This document shows positions 8,754-20,000 of a stretch of DNA of 64,000 bases, piece after piece. The position numbers were made by a program, and so were the translations under genes. The first letter of the stretch is position 1; each line of letters starts with the position of its first letter. The notes below the pieces were generated by a model. It had not been told where the DNA came from and ran no database searches. It saw only the letters and a program-made list of their open reading frames with translations. Origin of the DNA: Pseudomonadota bacterium (GTDB lineage Bacteria > Bdellovibrionota > Bdellovibrionia > Bdellovibrionales > SG-bin7); NCBI GenBank assembly GCA_034439715.1, contig JAWXAY010000033.1, positions 15,647 through 79,646 of the forward strand, in the 5' to 3' direction.

Positions 8754-9296
8754 TAAAATAGTTGTCTCAAATCAATAATATAGTTTTAAATCAGATGCTT
8801 GTATCGTTGATTCAAACTGAGAATTGACTAGTTTTTTTTACATCAGAGTGATCACTTTGACGGGAGAATATGTTTTATACACTGGTAGCAATGGTAGGCG
8901 GGAAGCCATATTGATCGAACAAGGGGTCGCGTCTCTATTCTGGTGGAAATTTTTTTGTTAAAAATTCCTTAGCAGATATGAACTGCAGAATTACGTCCGA
9001 TATGGCAAAGGAGTTTAATTCTATTGTAGAATATTACCTGAAGAATGAGTATCTGCAATGTACCGAATAAACAGTGAAAAGTACATTCGAGCCGAAAAAG
9101 TGGAATCTATGGATTATCCAAAAAATAGCCAGAGCTTAAAAAGTCTTCTTGCAAATTCACAATTCAAAGAAATGCTAAAGCTCGCCGCCGTGGTTTTTCA
9201 TTATGTTTTTAGAAATACTTAGTCCTAGGCCGGAATTCATGGCGGAGAAGTAGCACGACAAGTAGCATTTTTGCAACGTGATTACAATTTAACTTA

Positions 9297-10781
9297 CTAA
9301 TTGAAATAATATCTTGTCGATGGTCCCGCACCTTTGCAAATCAAGCGCCCTTCATTGACGAGCCTTTGTAATTTTCTGTTCACTGTGCGGTGGGGAATAT
9401 CCAAAAGTTTCGCAGCCACCGCCGCCGAAAATCCCTCACCCATAGGAAGTCGCTTTTTGAGTTGCTCGACAACGTCTAAAGACAGATCGCTTTGAGATTG
9501 AAGGGACACTTCAATGCCATACGGCTTAGTAATATACAATCGGTAGCCGCTAGGCTGGTGACGAACTTCGACCGGAATTTTTAATTTATTAAACCATTGT
9601 GAGAGGCGCGCCAGGGCAAAATATACTCTGTTGTTCGAAGACTGTGGATGAAAGTGTTCCTCCGGAAAAAGAAAATTGAAGAGAGTTTCAGTTCTAAATG
9701 GGACGTAAAAATCAGAAGCTAAGGTATGAAATAGCCTATGAAGGAGATGCCCCGTTTTTAACTTCTCGCCGGAGCGGAATTCGAGCCCGATATTAGCGTT
9801 GATTTTTTCTTTGGGAGAAATTTTGGCTTCCATGGGATTCCAAAGATAAGTTTCGGGTAAAACAATCTTATCGTTATATATTGCCTTAAGCCGCGTACGA
9901 AAGGCATCGAAGGGAGTGCCGAAATAAACCTTCATAAACAATTCATCATTTCTTGTAAATAGAGCTTCATAAAAATCGCACTCACGTACGGTCTTCCAAT
10001 GATCGAGTTCGACCGCATTTAATTTCACCTGCCGCAGTTTCAAGAGTGAGTTTTTGCCACCGGTCAAACCCATATTAGCAATAGTCAGCCATTTTTCGAC
10101 CACCAGCTGATTTTTGAGCGAAGCATTCTTTAGAAGGATGGCGGCGCTCTCGAGAAACTTGGCGCCCATTTGAAAATCGGACTGTTTAACCAGCGCTTGC
10201 CCTCTTAATTCTAAGCCTCTGCCCAATAAGAACTTGAAATTATTTTTTTTTGCATAGGCTTCAATATCATTTAAATTGCGAAAGGACTGTGTATATTTTT
10301 GCTCAGCTAAATAGGCTTCTACTAAATATACTTTGCCCATAAATCTTTCATAGACAGAAATCTGTGGGTTCTCAGAAAAACTCTGCAATAGTGGAATAGC
10401 CTTTGCGTATTCAAAGCGGTTGAAGAGCGTCAGAGCGTGGTAAAGCTCTACCATGGGGGCTGCTTTGACACTCACTTCTTTAAAAATGTTGAGAGCATCA
10501 TTGTAGGCTCCAATTTGATTGAGGGCTGAGCCGTACTCGGCGAGTTCAATATTGGTTGGACTGCGACCGAGGGTGTCCTCGGGGTACACCACCGGATCAA
10601 GTAGCGCTATGGCCTTTTTTGGCAAACCGCACCGATTCAAGATTTTCACAGTGAATCCCAGTAGGGAATCAGGAACATGCTTCGCTTTTAAATCGCGAAG
10701 GGTCTCTTTTACGCTCTTTGCATGACCCGATTTGATACTCGAATCGAGAGTTTCTAAAAGTGAGACGTTTATTCTTGCCAT
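9297..10781 (-). CDS. TPR-repeat protein with OmpR-like and C-terminal winged-helix DNA-binding domains (putative transcription regulator)
   Basis: Helical TPR-like repeats; LHRLFHTLASD...LFNFLF...NRVYFALARL wHTH-like segment; IPHRTVNRKLQRLVNEGRLICKGAGPSTRY terminal wHTH. Confidence 0.7.
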   Translation of the reverse strand: MARINVSLLETLDSSIKSGHAKSVKETLRDLKAKHVPDSLLGFTVKILNRCGLPKKAIALLDPVVYPEDTLGRSPTNIELAEYGSALNQIGAYNDALNIFKEVSVKAAPMVELYHALTLFNRFEYAKAIPLLQSFSENPQISVYERFMGKVYLVEAYLAEQKYTQSFRNLNDIEAYAKKNNFKFLLGRGLELRGQALVKQSDFQMGAKFLESAAILLKNASLKNQLVVEKWLTIANMGLTGGKNSLLKLRQVKLNAVELDHWKTVRECDFYEALFTRNDELFMKVYFGTPFDAFRTRLKAIYNDKIVLPETYLWNPMEAKISPKEKINANIGLEFRSGEKLKTGHLLHRLFHTLASDFYVPFRTETLFNFLFPEEHFHPQSSNNRVYFALARLSQWFNKLKIPVEVRHQPSGYRLYITKPYGIEVSLQSQSDLSLDVVEQLKKRLPMGEGFSAAVAAKLLDIPHRTVNRKLQRLVNEGRLICKGAGPSTRYYFN

Positions 10782-10791
10782 AGGTAAACTC

Positions 10792-10799
10792 TTATCGGC
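10792..10799 (-). promoter_or_regulatory. FliA/sigma28-like -10 box
   Basis: GCCGATAA 10 nt before ATG 10781; -35 region overlapped by inverted repeat GCGCCAAA-N15-TTTGGCGC (10804-10834). Confidence 0.45.
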
Positions 10800-10948
10800 A
10801 ATCGCGCCAAAACATAAGTTTAATTATTTGGCGCAATTTAGTATTCTGTTATCAGAAGAGACCAAGCATCTGCTTCTAGTGTATCTGGCTAGTAGCCTTT
10901 TACATGCCCTCCGGCCCTACTTCTCACACAAGTAGGGCCTCTTTTTTT

Positions 10949-12964
10949 CTACTTAAAGTAATTCTCTGCGAGATCCAATTCGGCGCTGGTCCCTAGAACG
11001 TATACGATATCGCCTGTCTCAAATACGAAGTCAGGATGGGGATGAGTCGTGCCAAGCACGGCCCTAAACACCGAAACCACACTGGCCCCCGTAATTTGCC
11101 TTAGGTTTAGCTCTAATAACGTTTTTCCGACCGCTTTATGTTCAGAACCCAAAGAGATAGGCCGCATATTACTGATCACTTGCCAACCCGGCAGATGAAT
11201 ATTAGCGCTCAGAGATTCCAAAGAATACTTGGCGTTTTCTTGAATCGATTTTCGAGTTTTCGTGTTGAGTTCATAAATTTTTGCAGGATCGGCCCCGTAC
11301 TCCGTTAACACTCGAGTCAGAATCTCGAGTGTGGTTTCGACTTCCCCCATCACGACGTCGGTTTTGCTCGAAAGTCTTAAATCGCTCAATTCTCGTAAGT
11401 ACTGAGCTCTCAAAATAATTCGAATATCAGGGCGCAGGCGATGAACCGCTGCTAAAGCAGACTCCATGATTTTAGATCCGGCTACAGTCAGAACCACAAG
11501 TCGAGCGGTCTCTATATTGGCTTTCCTTAAAATCTCAGCGCTGGCGGCGTCGCCAAAAAAAATGGGTTCCTCTTTGCGAAATCGATTTACGGTGTCGGCG
11601 TTCATTTCAATAATCTGGTAGGGGAGATTAAGAACTTTAAGAGAGCGGGCCAGATTTTGTCCGGCAATACCGAAACCAATTATAATCGTATGCCCTGACA
11701 TTCTCTCTTTGGGAGTATTGAAGCCTCCTCCTGCTGCCGCAAACCTCGAAATACTACTTCTGAGAGTTTCGGCAAACTTTGTAATTTGTTTGGGCAAGAA
11801 TTGCTGATATTGGGTTGCCAGTCCCACTCGTGGCGCTAGTCGCAAAAAGAAGGGAGTTGCAGCGAGGGACATTACAGACATTGTCAAAAAATATTGGCGT
11901 TCATTAGCACTTATGAGATTTAGCTTTAGTCCTTCTTCGACGAGAATAAATGAAAACTCACCTACCTGACACAATATAAGTCCGGTAATTAGCGCGAGAG
12001 AGCTGGGATTGCCTAAGAACCAAAGAGCAGAATAAATAACTAAAACCTTCACTAAAATCATCCCTAACGAAAGACTTACAACCGAACCAAACTTTTGCAC
12101 AATAAAACTTAAGTCCAAAAGCATACCGATAGAAACAAAAAATAGTCCCAAGAAGTTATCCCTCAGGGGAATAAAGTCGGATGTTGCCTGTTTTCCATAG
12201 GGAGATTCTGAGATCATCATGCCGGCAATAAAAGCGCCGAGAGTTAGTGAGAGGCCTAAGTAATTTATCAAATAGGCAGTGCCCGCACAAATAAACAATA
12301 TGCAAAAAAAGAAAATCTCACGGCTGCCAGTTCGTGCCACTCGATTAAGTAAACCGGGAACTAAGTATTTTGAAAAAACCCCAACAAGCAAAATAGTGCC
12401 GACGAGTCGTGTGGCAATGCTATATAGCTGACTGAGTAGGTTTGATTCTGTCACTGCAGTTTGGGCTAAAAAGGGCAAAATGAGAACCATTGGAATCACT
12501 GCTAAATCTTGAAAGAGCAAAATGGAAATACTAACTTGGCCGTAGTTAGTTTCGGTCTCACGATTGTCCTGCAATATTTTAAAAACCGTGGCTGTTGAAC
12601 TGAGGGCCACCAAAAATCCTATAAATAATGACTTTGGCCAAGTCATTTCTAAAAAAAGATGCAAGAGTCCCGAAATTATAACCACCGTACCCACTACTTG
12701 AGCAGTGCCATAAGCTAATAGCGCCCGACGACTTTCGGTAAGGCGTTTAAAAGAAAACTCGAGGCCAAGAGTAAACATCAAAAGAAAGGCCGCAATTTCG
12801 GTGACGTATTTTACATCTAATGAGGAATGGACTAGTTTCAAGCCGTGAGGGCCAGCAATAATTCCGGCCATAAGAAAGCCCACTATGGGAGGCAGTCTGA
12901 CCGAGTAAAACAAGGTGGCAACGACGGTGGCCACACCCAATACAATAATAAAATCAAGAAACAA
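10949..12964 (-). CDS. CPA2 monovalent cation/proton antiporter (KefB/KefC-like) with TrkA-N and TrkA-C domains
   Basis: Multiple TM helices, LSSTA, ILLFQDL, FFVSIGM; IIIGFGIAG and FGDA RCK motifs; C-terminal TrkA-C. Confidence 0.92.
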   Translation of the reverse strand: MFLDFIIVLGVATVVATLFYSVRLPPIVGFLMAGIIAGPHGLKLVHSSLDVKYVTEIAAFLLMFTLGLEFSFKRLTESRRALLAYGTAQVVGTVVIISGLLHLFLEMTWPKSLFIGFLVALSSTATVFKILQDNRETETNYGQVSISILLFQDLAVIPMVLILPFLAQTAVTESNLLSQLYSIATRLVGTILLVGVFSKYLVPGLLNRVARTGSREIFFFCILFICAGTAYLINYLGLSLTLGAFIAGMMISESPYGKQATSDFIPLRDNFLGLFFVSIGMLLDLSFIVQKFGSVVSLSLGMILVKVLVIYSALWFLGNPSSLALITGLILCQVGEFSFILVEEGLKLNLISANERQYFLTMSVMSLAATPFFLRLAPRVGLATQYQQFLPKQITKFAETLRSSISRFAAAGGGFNTPKERMSGHTIIIGFGIAGQNLARSLKVLNLPYQIIEMNADTVNRFRKEEPIFFGDAASAEILRKANIETARLVVLTVAGSKIMESALAAVHRLRPDIRIILRAQYLRELSDLRLSSKTDVVMGEVETTLEILTRVLTEYGADPAKIYELNTKTRKSIQENAKYSLESLSANIHLPGWQVISNMRPISLGSEHKAVGKTLLELNLRQITGASVVSVFRAVLGTTHPHPDFVFETGDIVYVLGTSAELDLAENYFK

Positions 12965-12975
12965 ATGGCCCCCTG

Positions 12976-13725
12976 TTAAATCGCTCTCGCAATGATGATA
13001 GTGTGAGTGCCCAAAAGATTTTCTTTCGACATTAAAAATTTAAAGAGGTCCTTATTAGCGGCGCGATTCTGGGGAGATTTTTCGCGGATAAAACAGGCGC
13101 GGTAAATCGAAAACCAAACGAAGGGATAAAAGAGATAATACCAAATCATCGAGCTTGTTTTATAGCGATGGGTGAGAATTTTCTCAATTCGAAGGTTTGA
13201 CTTTGCACACGCAAAATAAAGTTGATTAAAAGCGATAGGATTGATGTGCTCAAAGTACATGTTGGGACTTGTCACTGGGATAGGGCTTGAAGCCATGGTG
13301 TGAAAACCACTCCAAAAAAAATTCCAACGACTGCCGAGACTTAAAGTGTTGGGGGTCGTCAATACCAATTGACCATCTTTTTTAAGCACTCGCCTGGCCT
13401 CGCGCAAAAATGCAAAATGATTATCGATGTGTTCGATGCCTTCAACACACACTACATAAGAAAATTTCTCATCACTAAAGTCAAAGCGTTCAGTCATGTT
13501 GATCTTTTTATAATCGACTCCTGTGAGGCAATGGAGCGACTCATCAATTTCTCCAGCCACACCCTGAAAGCCAAGGGCTTGCAAATCGCGAATGAGATAA
13601 CCGGGGCCAGAAGGCAGATCTAGTACTTGGCCCTGGTTTTGAGTTTTAAGATAATCAATAACAATTTTATGTAGATAGGGATTGTGTCTAATAGGTTCGG
13701 AAAAGTTTTTTTCAATAAACGACAT
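12976..13725 (-). CDS. Class I SAM-dependent methyltransferase
   Basis: VLDLPSGPG motif I, EGIEHI, RVLKKDGQLVLTTPN. Confidence 0.88.
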   Translation of the reverse strand: MSFIEKNFSEPIRHNPYLHKIVIDYLKTQNQGQVLDLPSGPGYLIRDLQALGFQGVAGEIDESLHCLTGVDYKKINMTERFDFSDEKFSYVVCVEGIEHIDNHFAFLREARRVLKKDGQLVLTTPNTLSLGSRWNFFWSGFHTMASSPIPVTSPNMYFEHINPIAFNQLYFACAKSNLRIEKILTHRYKTSSMIWYYLFYPFVWFSIYRACFIREKSPQNRAANKDLFKFLMSKENLLGTHTIIIARAI

Positions 13726-14020
13726 TAATTTAAAATACTTTTAAACCGCCATTTTGTCTAGCACCAATCATGTAGTTCCGGTACCGACTGTATTGATTCC
13801 GCCGACCTCTAACGTAACACCCGAGGCAAGCCGCAATATTCCCGTTGTGAGGTTGTATTAGTTACCGACATTTAGCTAGTTAGACTTTAGTCAGGAGCGT
13901 ATCAATGTGAGAAAAAACCAAAGATTGGTCTAGCTTTCGCAATATGAGATGTCGACGCATCTCGCACTCAGACAAGCGTAAGTATTACTGACTCAATTTC
14001 AGAAACTGACCCGACTCTAC

Positions 14021-14048
14021 TAAAGTAGGTGTCCTGTAATTCCGATAA
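14021..14048 (+). promoter_or_regulatory. FliA/sigma28-like promoter of the giant gene
   Basis: TAAAGTAG...TCCGATAA (TAAA-N16, one nt longer than canonical), 9 nt before ATG 14058. Confidence 0.5.
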
Positions 14049-14057
14049 GTTGGGTAT

Positions 14058-17000
14058 ATGGGACGTCTCTGGACCGGGCTTTCAACTAGCCATTCATTCT
14101 ACTACTTGTTTCACTTTTCCTTGTTGCAGCCAATGCAGTTCGCGGCCTTCTTTTCTGTGGTTTTTCTGGCCAGCACTTTTCAAAACCAGGCACAAGCAGC
14201 TTGCGGCGGTACCGTGCGTACATGGGACTCAGGAGCAGGCAGCGCCAACTGGAGTGCCGCTGCCAATTGGTCGGCGGATGATATCCCCAATACCACCACT
14301 GAAGACGTGGTTATTGTTTCGGGAGCGCAAATCCCTAATTTTGATACCGCTTATTCAGTGGGTTGTCTCGAGATTCAATCAGGAACATTAACGGCTAACA
14401 GAAACAACAGAGTTCTTACTATCAATGGCGACTATTTTAGAAACCTCACCGCCAATTCATTTACTGTGGGTTCAGCTAGTTTTACTTTAAAAATGGGTGT
14501 ACCTGGCTCACCAGTACAAACTCTTGAGAATTACGACCTTCTAGAAATTTTAGAAATTGGCAATAACAACACCGTTACAAGTACGAAACCTTTTAGGATG
14601 AATACTCAGCTGCAATTCACAGCCGGTTGGACGGGTACCTTAAAACTCAATGGCGATTTAGATTATAGAGGGGGTGCTGTTACCATTCCCGCCGGAGGTA
14701 CAGTCATCATAGGTTCCGGTGTGACTTGGGCATCTACTGCTAATATTACTGTAGCGGGCACTTTAAAAATTATGCCAGGTGCCACTCTTAAATTTAATAC
14801 CGGCCGCACGCTTACTGTTAATAATAATGCCTCGCTAATTATAGCAGGCGCTTCAGGAAATTCGGGTAAAATTTCAGGACAAGATTTTAACGACAGTTGG
14901 ACCTTTAACATGAACGGCATCCTTAACGCCGACTACTTTCTGTTATCGCGCATGGCAGTTTCTGGATTGAATATTGGGGCCACTGGCATTGTGCAAAAAC
15001 TCGATAACGGAGAATTTCATTACCCACAATTAAATGGCGATGCCATAAGAGTCGCTAACGGCGCTACGTTGCCTGCGACTATGAATCAACTTGGCTTTTC
15101 AAATGATGCTAATTTGGCTGGGACAAAAAACTTTAACAGCGCCTATACCGGCACTGCTATTACTGTTAATAATTGGACAGGAAATGGTAATACCGCAAAT
15201 GAACGAGCCGATACCGGAAATAAAATTCTTTGGGGTGCGCAAGGGGGCACTAAATTATCTCTTGTGGATTTTTCAAACCCACCAGCAACTATCAATCAAG
15301 CGACCACAGTTACCGGCGGCACTTTTTCTTTTGCTCTCAATCAGGCATCGACTCTCACTAATATTACTAGCATTAAAATTTCAATGTTGGGTACGGCTAC
15401 AACTTCGGATATCGATTATATAACGGTATACGCAGATGCTGCAGGCAGTATGGATTGCGTACTCACTGTTGGTACTGACACTGTTATAGCGAATCAGGTT
15501 TCACTCAGCAGTTCACCCCTGAGCTATACAGTTGCTATTGCCTCGGGAGTTGTCACAACTTCTAGTGACACTGCTAAACACTGTATTCATGTGCAAGTTA
15601 GAACTACCGGCACCGCCCAAGATAATAAGACTATTCGTCTTGGCGTTCAGGGTACAAACGACGTGGTTAACAGTCAGGGCTATACCTTTTCAGATTCCGC
15701 AGCACCGCCTGTTTTGGCTTCTCCAGATATTGTTATAGTCGGTGATGTAATTAGAAAGTGGCAAGGAGACATAAGTACGGCTTGGAGCAATGCTGGAAAT
15801 TGGTCAGGTGGAGTGGTTCCGACCGGGACTCGTGACTGCCAAGTGGGAGTCGGTACTAACGTAGCCGTTCTCGATGCTACCGGAACTTGTCAGGTCGCTA
15901 ATTTTTTAACGGGGGGAACGCTCAACTTTAATGCCACAGGGCGAATCTTGAATCTTACTGGTGGAATAAATATTGACCCTGGTTTTATATTTCAAACTCC
16001 CACAAATGTTGGCACTCTCAATTTTAGTGGTGCTGTCGCTGAAGGCGTTTCGATTGCGACCCCAGTACCGGCCCATGTGACAATTAATAATACGGGAGCG
16101 GCAGGCAATGATTATGTAGAAATCAACGGCGATACTACTATCGGCGATGCCTCTGGCAATGGGGGGAATGTCACAGTCACTAATGGCACGCTTCGTGTAA
16201 ATGCTCCTTATACCTTGACGATCAAGGGCAATCTCACTTGCGCGGCACTTGCAGGAAACGGAATAGAAATCGCGGCCGGCGCTACTTTAAAGATGGGAAA
16301 CAATAGAACCATAACTATCAATAACGGCTGTACGTTTACGCTTGTGGGAAACATCAATCAAAATGTTGTGGTTACATCTGACAACATTGCAAACTCTTAC
16401 AATGTTATCGTCGCAGCGGGTGGTATTATAAGTGCGAATTATTACAAATTTGAAAACCTAGGTACGCTGGGATTAAATATTGCCGGTACGATCAATGCCA
16501 CCAACCATTTACAAAATGGTACATTTAGATATCCCAGAGGCAACAATGGAAAAATGTTAGACCTTGACGTGGCTGTTCCTACAAATTCAATGGACAATAT
16601 GACATTTACGTCGGGCGGGTCGTCAGCCACGGGCACCACTAATATTGATACGGCCACCAATGGTGCTGGCGGCACACTCACATTAAATAACTATACTGGT
16701 GATTTAGCGGGACCGTTTTTTGATAATGATCCCACCTATTTACTAGCTTGGTTGAACGCCACAAATACCATAGAAATCACACAAGAAGCGACTTCACCCG
16801 TCACGCTTAATGCGGGTTCTACTTATAATATGGGGCGCTTTGGTTTCAAACAAGCTATGGCAGGAGCGTCTTTTGTAAACACGGATATTACAAGCCTTCG
16901 CTTGACGTTAACTGGTACGGCTTCCAGTAATGATATTTCAGACGTCAAAATTTACTACGACGCTACTTGTGCTGGTGCCGGCGGTGTACTTGTTGATAGC

Positions 17001-20000
17001 GGAGCATTTTCGGGTAACCCGGCTTCTCGTGTATTTACTTTTACGGCGGGCGAAGCCACGGTCAATGCTGATACTTCAACCCCACCAAAAAAATGTCTTT
17101 ATGTTGAATATGTTATTGCTTCGGGAGCCACTGATGGCAACACCGCAGGGGTGGAGTTAGTTTTAACCACTGATTTTGCGAGCTCGGCGGGTTATGCGGT
17201 GGACTCAAATACTCTACCACCTCTTTTTCTGGGATCACCTGGTACAATTTCTGGAAGTTCCTCTGTAAATTGGGTGGGCGGTACAAGCACCAATTGGAAT
17301 TTAGCTGCCAATTGGAGTCCTGCTACCGTTCCTACCAGCGGCATCAGCTGTCGGATTGATAGCAGCGTTAGGAATCCTACCATTGACGTAACAAGCGGTA
17401 ATGCCACTTGCAAAACTGTCATCATCGGAAACGGCACGCTGAATATTTCTACGGGGTACAAACTTTCTGTCTATGGTGGTTATACCAATACTGGTACGTT
17501 AAACTTGGCGGGAACTGCCACTCTTGAATTTGCGGACGGGGGGGTTTTATCAAATCAAACAATTACAAGTAGTACGACCATTGGCAGTATTAGTTTTGCT
17601 AAAACTGCTGGTGGAAACGTCAACATCGGCTCAAGTGCTCTAACAGTTACATCGCTAGTAAATATGCAGGCTGGGCAAAACTTTGATTTTTTAATACCGA
17701 GTGGAAAAAATCTGACGTTTAGCGGAGGAGCCACTGTTAGTGCAGGAACCTTTACCATTGCCGCTGGTGGTACGCTGACCATGGGCAATGCCACGGCTTT
17801 TACGGTTGGTGCCAATGGAACTTTAATTATGATTGGTAGTTCCGGTGCCAACTTAGCCACTATGACGGGTGGAAGTAATAAATTTAACGCTGTTATCAAT
17901 GGAACAATCAAGGCGCAGTACTATAAGTTTGATCATCTATCATCAGCAGGAGTTAGTGTTGAAAGCGGTTCAACCATTGACGTCACTTACCATTTGCAAG
18001 ATGGTAGTTTTACATATCCTGTCGACGCTTCGACCACGATGCTCTTTTTAAAACGCCAAGTTCCAACTGATACAATGGACAACACCAAGTTTGATAAAGG
18101 CGGCTCCGCGGCAGCGACGCCAAAGAATATCAACACGACAGGTGCTGCGGCGGGTACTCTCACCATGAGTGGTTACTTAGGCGATATTGCTGGCGATGCC
18201 TTTGAAGTTGAAGGGTCTTATACAATTAGTTGGGGCGCAGGTGTAAATACCATAAATCTCACTCAAAGTGCTGCCACCGCACTTGGTTCAGTTACTGCTC
18301 CTTCGACAGCAAATTTGATGGGGCGTTTCGGCTTTAAACAAACTCTCGCGGGCGCGTCTTATAGCGATGCTGCACTTACAACTTTAAAACTAACCCTTAA
18401 AGGAACGGCCATAGCAGCAGATGTCAGTGAAGTTCGCATTTATTACGAGACAGATTGTAACAGCGCTGGTGGTACACTTATCGGTTCGGGTATATTTAGT
18501 GGATCGCCGGGTACCGCAACATTTAATCTTAACCCTACTGATGCGATTATTCCCTTCAATGCTACAACACCACCTACCGTTTGCATTTATGTCCAATACG
18601 ATATTCCATCTGGTGCCACAAACGGAAACACCGTAGGGGTCGAGGTTGCCATCAATAGTCATGTCACCAATGACCAGGCCTACGCCATTGCTGACGCTAC
18701 ACCAGTACCAGTCAATTTAGGCACGGCGATTGCCATAAGTGGTGCGATAAATACGACATGGAACGGATCGGTAAGTACCGCTTGGGGTACTGCCGGAAAC
18801 TGGTCTGCGGGAGTGCCTACATCGACAGTTAATTGTACAATTCCTACTGGTTTGACTGTCTGGCCAAACGTAGCAGCAGGAACAATCATTTGTAAGAGTG
18901 TAACTTTACAGGGCTCAATGACAATGTCAGCTGGAACTTGGGATGTGCACGGGGATTTTATTAATACGGGCACTTTTACAAACTCAGGTGGTGCTTTAAA
19001 CTTTCAAGGTACTGCTAATCAAAACTTTAGTAGCGGTAGCACTATATTTAATGTGACCTTTGGAAAAACGGCCGGAACCGTTGCCATTACTGGTGCAAGT
19101 GTACCTATTACATCGATCGATTTTACGGGAGGCTCGGCTTACACATTTAAAGTGAATTCTGGCAGAACGGTGACCTTTACAAATAACGTAACTGTTTTGA
19201 CTGGTAAGACATTTGATATTTCAGCGGGCACGGTAAGAATGTCTAACGGAAGAACTTTTACTATTAATAGTGGTGCGACGTTAAATATGATTGGAACTTC
19301 TGCAGTTTTAAATTCTGTCATGACTTCAACTGGTGGAGCCAACGCATTTAATGTGGTCATTGCGGGAACCATTGCAGCGAGATATTTTACTTTTGACCAC
19401 TTGGGCGTCGCAGGTGTGGCTATAAATGGAACCGCTACTATAAACGCGACCAATCAGTTGCAAGATTGTAATTTTACATATCCCGTAAACAACAATACCA
19501 AGTTTTTAACCCTAGCTATTCCCATTCCAGTTGCAACTTTGGACAATTGTAAATTTGATTTGGCGGGATCGGTAGCAACAGGAACAAAAACGATTGATGC
19601 CTCTGCAGTGACTGGTGGCGCCCCCAACCCAGACTTGACACTTAATAATTGGTCAGGCGACGCCGGAGGCACCAGCAGCAGTATCAATAGTGGTACCTAT
19701 ACGATCGCTTGGGCGCCGGGACTCAACACCATAAATATCACTCGTGAAGCTGCCAGCCCCACCACAGTGAACGCCGGCACTACATATAACATGGGCCGCT
19801 TTGGCTTCCAGCAAGTTTTAGCCGGTACCTATGCAGATACAGATATAACAACACTCAGGCTTTCAACCACTGGAACGGCTGTGGCCTCAGATATAAGTCA
19901 GGTCCGAGTCTATTACGATAGTGATTGTAACAACTCAGCCGGAACTCTTATTGGCACAGGAGCCTTTGCCGGTTCCCCATTAACTAAGACATTCACTTTC

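Noticed and set aside
8870-9221. Interrupted reading frames in the 8640-9296 spacer
   Set aside because: Short, stop-riddled and not similar to anything I recognise; cannot support a gene or pseudogene call.
5349-9300. Prophage or integrative element at tRNA-Leu
   Set aside because: No integrase, no phage genes and no repeated tRNA 3' end found; kept only as an islet.
10913-10948. Hairpin GGCCCTACT...AGTAGGGCC as terminator of the antiporter gene
   Set aside because: The U-run is on the + strand, the wrong orientation for the minus-strand gene; function unresolved.
13925-13941. Sigma54-like TTGGTCTAGCTTTCGCA upstream of the giant gene
   Set aside because: Only the GG and GC cores match; the sigma28-like promoter nearer the ATG fits better.
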